Of a DNA stretch of 64,000 nucleotides, positions 57,596-64,000 are shown one piece after another. A program made the position numbers and the translations under genes. Below the pieces are notes generated by a model, which saw only the letters and a program-made list of their open reading frames with translations, made no database searches and had not been told where the DNA came from. How positions within the stretch are numbered: the first letter of the stretch is position 1; every line of letters starts with the position of its first letter. Source of the DNA: Diplonema japonicum (Eukaryota > Protista > Euglenozoa: Diplonemea); the NCBI GenBank assembly GCA_964019335.1, contig OZ025707.1, positions 1 through 64,000 on the forward strand, read 5' to 3'.

Positions 57596-60181
57596 ATGCA
57601 AAGTATATCATGTTTGCTTGTAGACGCGGCATCCTTGCACGGAGAAAGACCTGCGGTTATCGAGGGCGACGGGCGTGTGACGGGGTACAGGGATCTTGAG
57701 GATATTGTTGATGGGAAGGCGGGCGGGTTGGAAGATGCTGTTGAGCAAGGAGAAGGCGTAGTGCTGGTTGTTGAAGAGGGATTGGCTTTGGTAGTGATGC
57801 AGCTTGCCGTGTGTAGAGCTGGCGGATGGTTCATGACGTTGGACATCGGAACACCAGTTGAACGGTTGAAGAGGATTGCGCTACGTGTAGGGGCTAGTGT
57901 CATAGTAACAACGGAGGACCATCTCTGCGTGCCCACTTTGAGCGGCTTCACTGTTCTACAGTACGCTGCGCTGTCTTTGAAACCATCGACAGGAAGGCCG
58001 CCTTCCGAGCTGTGCTATGTCCAGCACACGTCTGGCAGCACAGGATTCCCGAAGCCTGTCCCTTGCACACAGACGCAAATCATATCCTATGCCAAGGCAC
58101 GAACAGACTTCGAGCGCATCACACACAACAGCGTGCTGCTCATGGCGTCCAGTGTGACCTTTGACCCTTCGCAGGGTGATGTCGTGACGGGGGTACTAAA
58201 CGGGAGCTGTCTAGTGGCGCCCACTCGTACCATTTTACTGCATGACATCTCGGGCATCGCCAGCAGGCATCATGTGACACACATAACGGCCACACCGTCC
58301 CTGTGGTCTATCGTTGACGGTGAGCTGCCCGACTTGCAGGTGTTGTCTCTTGGTGGCGAGGCAATGCCCGAGAAGCTAGTCCAGAGGTGGTCCTCACGCA
58401 CAACAAAGCTGTACAACGTGTACGGTGTAACGGAGTGCACGGTGTACCAGACCTTCAAGGAGATGCAACCAGGCGTGTCGCCAAGATGCTGCGGACAACC
58501 GTTACCAGGTGTTGAACTACACGTGCTGGACACTGACATGTGCCCTGCAGCGCCTGGCGAAGAGGGCTGTCTCTACATATCCGGTACCTGTGTGAGCAGC
58601 GGGTATATTGGCTGTGACTCGCAGTCCTTCATGACAGTACCCGGCATCGGCGTGTGCTACGCGACAGGGGACATCTGCAGGCTGGTCGACGGCGACTTGC
58701 ACGTGGTGGGCAGGACCGACGCGCAGGTCAAGTTGAACGGGATACGAATCGAGCCCTCTGAGATTGAAGAAGTCATCAACGAGAGCTCTCTAGTTAGCAG
58801 CAGCTGCGTGGTGCCTCATGAAGGGCAGCTCTTAGCCCACGTAGTTACGACGGCACCCGATGACGTTGCGGCGTATGTACTTCGCGAGCGGTGCATGGCA
58901 AGGCTGCCGGGGCACATGGTGCCGAGGAGGTTCATACCCGTAGCCGCACTGCCCATGACAGCCAATGCAAAGATCGACAGGAAAACATTAGTTACAAGAG
59001 GCGTCCAGAGAGACACAGCCGCCTTCATCCGTCTGAACACACCACTTGAAGTCCTTGTGGGGACTGTGTGGGAGGCGATCCTTGGAACACCAGAAGTGCA
59101 CGCAGGCTCCGACTGGCATGACCTGGGAGGGACTTCTATTCAAGCCATTCTCGCCGTGCGCAAGATCCGTGCCCAGGTGCTAGGCGGCGGTGGAGGTGTC
59201 GGGTGGGAAGGCGACAAGGTGAACAAGAAGCCCACAGAAGCCTCTGGTGACGCAGCACTCTTTCTACACTCCAACGGGTTGTTTCAGACACAGGACGGCG
59301 TTGGCGGAGGCGATGCAGAATGCTTCATGGGCATGTGCGAAGGGGGCACCTACGCACCCTGCAAGCTACTTGAACACTCCACTCTCAAAGACTATGCTGC
59401 ATACTTGTCCTCGAATGGTGTTCTGACAAGCGACTCCTCGCATCCTGAAATCCTCAACAAGATAGTAAGAGGAGGTCATCTTGCAGCCCTCAGAGACGTC
59501 GTGTCCTCTGGTCTGCAGCTTCCAAAACCAAGGAAGGGGATGTCGATGTTGCACCTTGCTGCTGGCGAGGGGCAGGCCGAGGTTGTAGATTACTTGATAG
59601 AGCAAGGTCTCAATCCGCATTGCGTGACACAGAGATGTGCTACTCCAGCGCATCTTGCTGCTGCTGGAGGGCACGAAAGATGTCTGAAGGCCTTGCTACC
59701 ACATACAAGTATTGGGGTGAGGGACAAGGCACAGCAGACTATCCTCCATTACGCGGCTCGCAGCGGGCAGCTACGCGCTGTGGAGGTAGTTACGTCTCTT
59801 GGTACTGCAGACCTCGACGCTCGCGACAACCAGTACCGCTCCGCCGTCCACTGGTGTGTTTTGCATGGGCACATGCATGTCTTGGAACATTTGTTGGGTG
59901 CTGGAGCGAAGGCCGACCACCCTTACATCCCCCCGACTAAAGTAGCGCGTAAAACGCGGCTCGCCCTCCAGTCTCCTGTAGATCTAGCCTTTCAGCTTTA
60001 CACTGAAGGGGGTGAAGCTGCTGCAGTCGACATGCTTGACATGCTGTTGGCGCACGGTGCATGCTGCCTCAAAGTCCCCAAAGATGTGAAGGACAGCAGG
60101 CTCCAACATGCTGACGTTCTATCTACCAACGGTCACCATGCAACAGCACAGCGGCTGCGCGACAATATCAATCTCTCTTAG
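57596..60181 (+). CDS. NRPS-like protein: adenylation domain, carrier (T) domain, ankyrin repeats
   Basis: YVQHTSGSTGFPK, TFDPS, LGGE, NVYGVTE, ATGD, GRTDAQVKLNGIRIE, LPMTANAKIDR; phosphopantetheine site DLGGTSI; about 4-5 ankyrin repeats (TPAHLAAAGGH). Confidence 0.9.
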   Translation: MQSISCLLVDAASLHGERPAVIEGDGRVTGYRDLEDIVDGKAGGLEDAVEQGEGVVLVVEEGLALVVMQLAVCRAGGWFMTLDIGTPVERLKRIALRVGASVIVTTEDHLCVPTLSGFTVLQYAALSLKPSTGRPPSELCYVQHTSGSTGFPKPVPCTQTQIISYAKARTDFERITHNSVLLMASSVTFDPSQGDVVTGVLNGSCLVAPTRTILLHDISGIASRHHVTHITATPSLWSIVDGELPDLQVLSLGGEAMPEKLVQRWSSRTTKLYNVYGVTECTVYQTFKEMQPGVSPRCCGQPLPGVELHVLDTDMCPAAPGEEGCLYISGTCVSSGYIGCDSQSFMTVPGIGVCYATGDICRLVDGDLHVVGRTDAQVKLNGIRIEPSEIEEVINESSLVSSSCVVPHEGQLLAHVVTTAPDDVAAYVLRERCMARLPGHMVPRRFIPVAALPMTANAKIDRKTLVTRGVQRDTAAFIRLNTPLEVLVGTVWEAILGTPEVHAGSDWHDLGGTSIQAILAVRKIRAQVLGGGGGVGWEGDKVNKKPTEASGDAALFLHSNGLFQTQDGVGGGDAECFMGMCEGGTYAPCKLLEHSTLKDYAAYLSSNGVLTSDSSHPEILNKIVRGGHLAALRDVVSSGLQLPKPRKGMSMLHLAAGEGQAEVVDYLIEQGLNPHCVTQRCATPAHLAAAGGHERCLKALLPHTSIGVRDKAQQTILHYAARSGQLRAVEVVTSLGTADLDARDNQYRSAVHWCVLHGHMHVLEHLLGAGAKADHPYIPPTKVARKTRLALQSPVDLAFQLYTEGGEAAAVDMLDMLLAHGACCLKVPKDVKDSRLQHADVLSTNGHHATAQRLRDNINLS

Positions 60182-60284
60182 GTTTCTTTTACATTTTCTT
60201 ATTTATTTATTTCTTTCCCTTTTGGGGCCTCTCCTTTTGCTAATCGTCTTCGCAGGTAGAAAAAAAAAAAAAAAGAAAAGAAAA

Positions 60285-60594
60285 ATGGGGTTCAGAGAGA
60301 AGCGAGGGAGGGAGAACTGGGCCAGTGACGAATCTGCCACGTCGTGCAAATGTGGTGCTGTGTTTTCGTTGATTCTAAGAAAGCACCATTGCAGGAGGTA
60401 TGTGTGGACTACCTGTGGAACACAAGACAATGCAACACAGCTGCGGGGGGGTGTTCTGTGATGACTGCACGAGCTTTACTGCTATGGTCCCATCGGGGTC
60501 AGAAGGCGCGGTGGAAAAAGAGAAGAGAGTCTGCAGCACCTGCCACGCGACAATAATTCAAAACAACCAACTCAAAGCATCGTCAGGCCTGTGA
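60285..60594 (+). CDS. Small FYVE zinc-finger protein; exons 60285-60397, 60441-60594
   Basis: WASD...RKHHCR-S-CGGVFCDDC...RVCSTC after removing a 43-nt GT-AG intron. Confidence 0.85.
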
Positions 60595-60903
60595 GCTGAG
60601 AGACGTTGCATTGATACAAAAAAAAAAAAAAAAAAAAAAAAAGAAAAAAAATGTCCCAAAGAAAAACGGTGACACAGGACAAACCTCCTTGCGACATGCT
60701 CTCTTACGTGCGTTGAAAAGCCAAGAAAGAAAGAAAAAAAATCCTTTCCACTTCAGTTAGTTTCGTATTTTTATTTTTTTTCTAGTTTTTTTTTTTTTTT
60801 TTTTTTTTTCTCTTTCTTTTTTTTTTTGATTGCACTGTAAAAACGAATTTCACAGGGCCCTAAGGGGGCGGGCCTCGAAAAAAAAAAAAAAAAAAAAAAA
60901 AAA

Positions 60904-61068
60904 ATGGGGCTGCGAGACTTCGTCGGTGGTTCTAAAGAAGCGGGGTTTCGAGAAAAAAAAGGACGAGAAAACTGGGCGCGGGACGACTCGGTCAAAGTGT
61001 GCAAATGCGGGACCCGGTTCAGCACGATAAAAAGACGGCACCACTGCAGAAGGTATAAAAAAAAAAAG

Positions 61069-61124
<56 letters not shown>

Positions 61125-64000
61125 AACAACAAAACAAAGTTGCGGCGGCGTATTCTGCGATGCGTGCACAAATTTCCAGGCGTTGGTCCCAACAGGACAG
61201 GGTGGGACACAAGGCGGGACAAAGCGAGTTTGCCAGCCGTGCTACAACGTACTAAAACAAACCCAGTCCGCAGCAACCACCGCAACCGGCAGTGCCTCCG
61301 TTGACCTGCAATTTGTACAAATAGCCATCGGGAAGATCCGCCAAGAGGCAGACGTACAACAACAACGCTTACACGATAGAATAGATGTCCTTGCAGCAGG
61401 TACCAGTAAAATCTTAGATGACATCAGGCTCACGGAACAGAGGGTGAACGACGGGTCCAGCCTCTTTACAGGGAACACCCACGATATTTTAAACGACGAT
61501 TTGAAAGATCTCTCTGCTGCGTACGAACGGCGGCAGCAGCGGGCGAAGGAGCTGACAACCACCTTAATGCACCACACCCTCACCGCATTCTTCACAGTCG
61601 TGCAGTCGAAACTCCTTGACATCCTGCTGCACTTTGTCCTGGCAGCGTCGCTTAACGAAACCACTGCTGCGTGTAATGTCAACGTGTTGGGGACTGAGTT
61701 CAGAGTGTCATGTAGAAACTTGTCAACACACTTCTTAAGGCAGTGCGGTGAAGGAGCGTCTGTGAGGGATTTGTGTGAGGTTATGCAGGATGTTGCGGAG
61801 GACGCGTCATTGCGCATCACGTTCCGCTTCGAGGAGCAGATCGCTTCCCTCACAAGCGCTGCCGCAAAAACATTTGGAGAATGCGTGCTGGCGAGAATCG
61901 TCGCGTTCTTCAGAAAAGATGTCGTCGCCAACATCAAGTCGCGCATGCCACCAGCAGACTTGATTGTCGATGCTGTCTCGGAGTTCCCGAACTGTGCCTC
62001 TGATGATGCGATACCCCTTGCTACACGTGACGAGGAGCTCGACCACAGCTGGAATGACAAGGAGCTCCTCTCCATGGTCGGTATCAAGACCACCGACGGC
62101 AGCCACTGGAACAAGTCCGAAGCCGCACACCCTTACAAGTACTACTACGCGCTGGGCACCAACTACGAGGCGAAGCAAAAAGGGTACCACCCGACCGGAA
62201 AGAACCGGAACTGCATCTATCCGATCTTCAACCTGGAGCGCGCTGCTAAGGACCACCAGCTGCTCATCGAACAACGGGGGACCATTCTGAACACCTACTT
62301 CCTATCGCACATCGGCACAGACGAAGTAGAGGCCCTTCACAAAGCCTTGTCGGAGACCGAAGAAGCGTCGCTACTACTTGACGCCATTGACAAGATCCGC
62401 GACCTGCTTAGGGAGCCATCCGCATACGGGAAAAGCCTGCTGGTATCCGCCATGAAAGCACGCAAGGACCTGGATGACATAACGCGGAGAGAGAAAGTGC
62501 TTGTCAGACACTCTCAAGACCTTGTCGACGCACCCGAGGCGCTTACGAAGCAAGCCTCATACATTAAGCTGCAACATGAGATCCAAGACAAGGCGCTAGA
62601 CAAGTTTGTCGAGCTTATGAGCAACGACCATGTGCAAAGGTTCTACTCGCACCTCAGGCTCAAGTTCTTGCAGCAGCTGATCACTCACCGTGCCTATGCA
62701 ACTGAAGCGCTGTCTGAGTTCCCTGAGGTGCTTGTGGCAGGTTCTGTAGTCGGGTTCAACGAGCAGGTTTTGAATGCTGTGGACTCTGTAGTAGCTTCTG
62801 ACCGCACGGGGATCAAGCCTTCCCTCCTCCTGCTGGACGAGGCGTCGCACATCATGCCGCGGTGGTTGGCGGAGAGGTACTCGTCGCAGTTGCAAAAGCT
62901 CACCCACGAGGGCATCCACACCTTCGCAGACTGCAGCCTTGCCCGATCCCTGTTTTCCCTACCGCCGCCAAGCGAAGAGGGTCTCCCTTCGAGGGCCATG
63001 GCAGCCATGGGGACGGGCACCATCACCGCGGCGAAGGAAAAGCGTTCTTCCAGATCCGCGCCTCCCATCAGTGCGTCTGTCTGCTTGCAACTGTCCTCCG
63101 CGTCGCTAGACTTAACAGTTGTGGGCCACAAGCACGTTGTGCTGCCGACTACCGACTCCGATGCGAATTGGAAAGAACACTCCCTGGTTACAAAGTGCGG
63201 TTTGGCAACACCCACCGGGAAGTACAACGGCACACGAAAACACCACAAACCACAGAAGTACGGCTACGTGAATGCCTCGATGCATGAGGCGAACTCATTG
63301 GAAACACCGGGCTCACCGAAACAGCGGCAAATGTCCAGTCCGGCAAGAGGGAGGGACTCCAAAAAACTGGACATTGTACGGCCTGAGAAGTCGGTGAGCG
63401 AATGGTTCCCCCCTGGCTGCGAGGCGGAGGCGTACGGGCTGATTGGCGCAAAGGAGCTGAACGGGATTAAAGGCCGCGTCGAGGGGATCGAGACAATGCC
63501 CCCAAACGAGGGGAGGGTGCAGGTCATCTTCCCACCCCCGTATGGAGAGAAGGCTTTGAAGCACACGAATGTGTGGCGACTGTACAAAACATCCGATTTC
63601 AATATCGGTTACGATGTGGAAACAAAAGGGGGCACCAGTAGCACGCAGCTCGGACGGGTGACGGGCGTGGACAGCTACGGGGTGACCGTGCAGTTTATGG
63701 GCGCGACCAGCGACACAGTCGTTGATCCGAGCCAGCTGTGCATTTTACGCAGTGAGAGCAAAGCCAGCCCAGAAAGAGCAGGAGACCTGGGAGGGAGCTT
63801 CTTATCCAGCTCGCCAAGCGTGCCAGCGAGCAGCAACAAAGTCGCCAACCTATCGTGGGCCAAGTCAACGCTGGTGTGCACGCCGAGGATCGTGACAGCT
63901 GGTGCATCCATCAACTGTGTGCTAGTGATAAAAGACCACTCTGGAAAGAAGATAAGCTGCGGAGTGACCTCCGGAGAGCTTGATGTGCTGCCTTTCGGAC
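60904..64000 (+). CDS. Large FYVE-domain protein, 3' end outside the window; exons 60904-61052, 61140->64000
   Basis: WARD...RRHHCR-S-CGGVFCDAC...RVCQPC. The frame appears open to the window end, where STLVCTPRIVTAGASINCVLVIKD looks like the start of a filamin/Ig-like repeat. Confidence 0.85.

Overview
Eukaryotic DNA, probably from a euglenozoan protist such as a diplonemid. This is inferred from all host genes lying on the + strand, short GT-AG introns, short spacers, a 5S rRNA and snoRNA-like RNAs. The first ~8.5 kb is a transposon graveyard: a piggyBac relic and nested hAT-like MITEs, strongly CpG-depleted up to ~7.5 kb. It is followed by a coiled-coil gene with a MITE-filled intron and three tandem CDK genes interleaved with repeated C/D-box snoRNA candidates and a TTAA-flanked piggyBac. 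Next come SARAF, PABP, a solitary 5S rRNA and a RAD23-like gene. A ~15-kb block of subtilisin plus ankyrin-array duplications follows, bracketed by a ~100-bp direct repeat of the RAD23-like 3' end; its ankyrin arrays carry frame-preserving, direct-repeat-flanked poly(A) inserts at one fixed position of the repeat. The right half holds an ankyrin protein, a Plus3-like/PPP phosphatase fusion with a piggyBac in its last intron, and three hypothetical genes. It ends with an inositol 5-phosphatase lacking a catalytic Asp, an adenylation-carrier-ankyrin (NRPS/AASDH-like) gene, and two FYVE genes, the last running off the window. Exon models were read by eye and domain calls come from motif recognition, not database searches.
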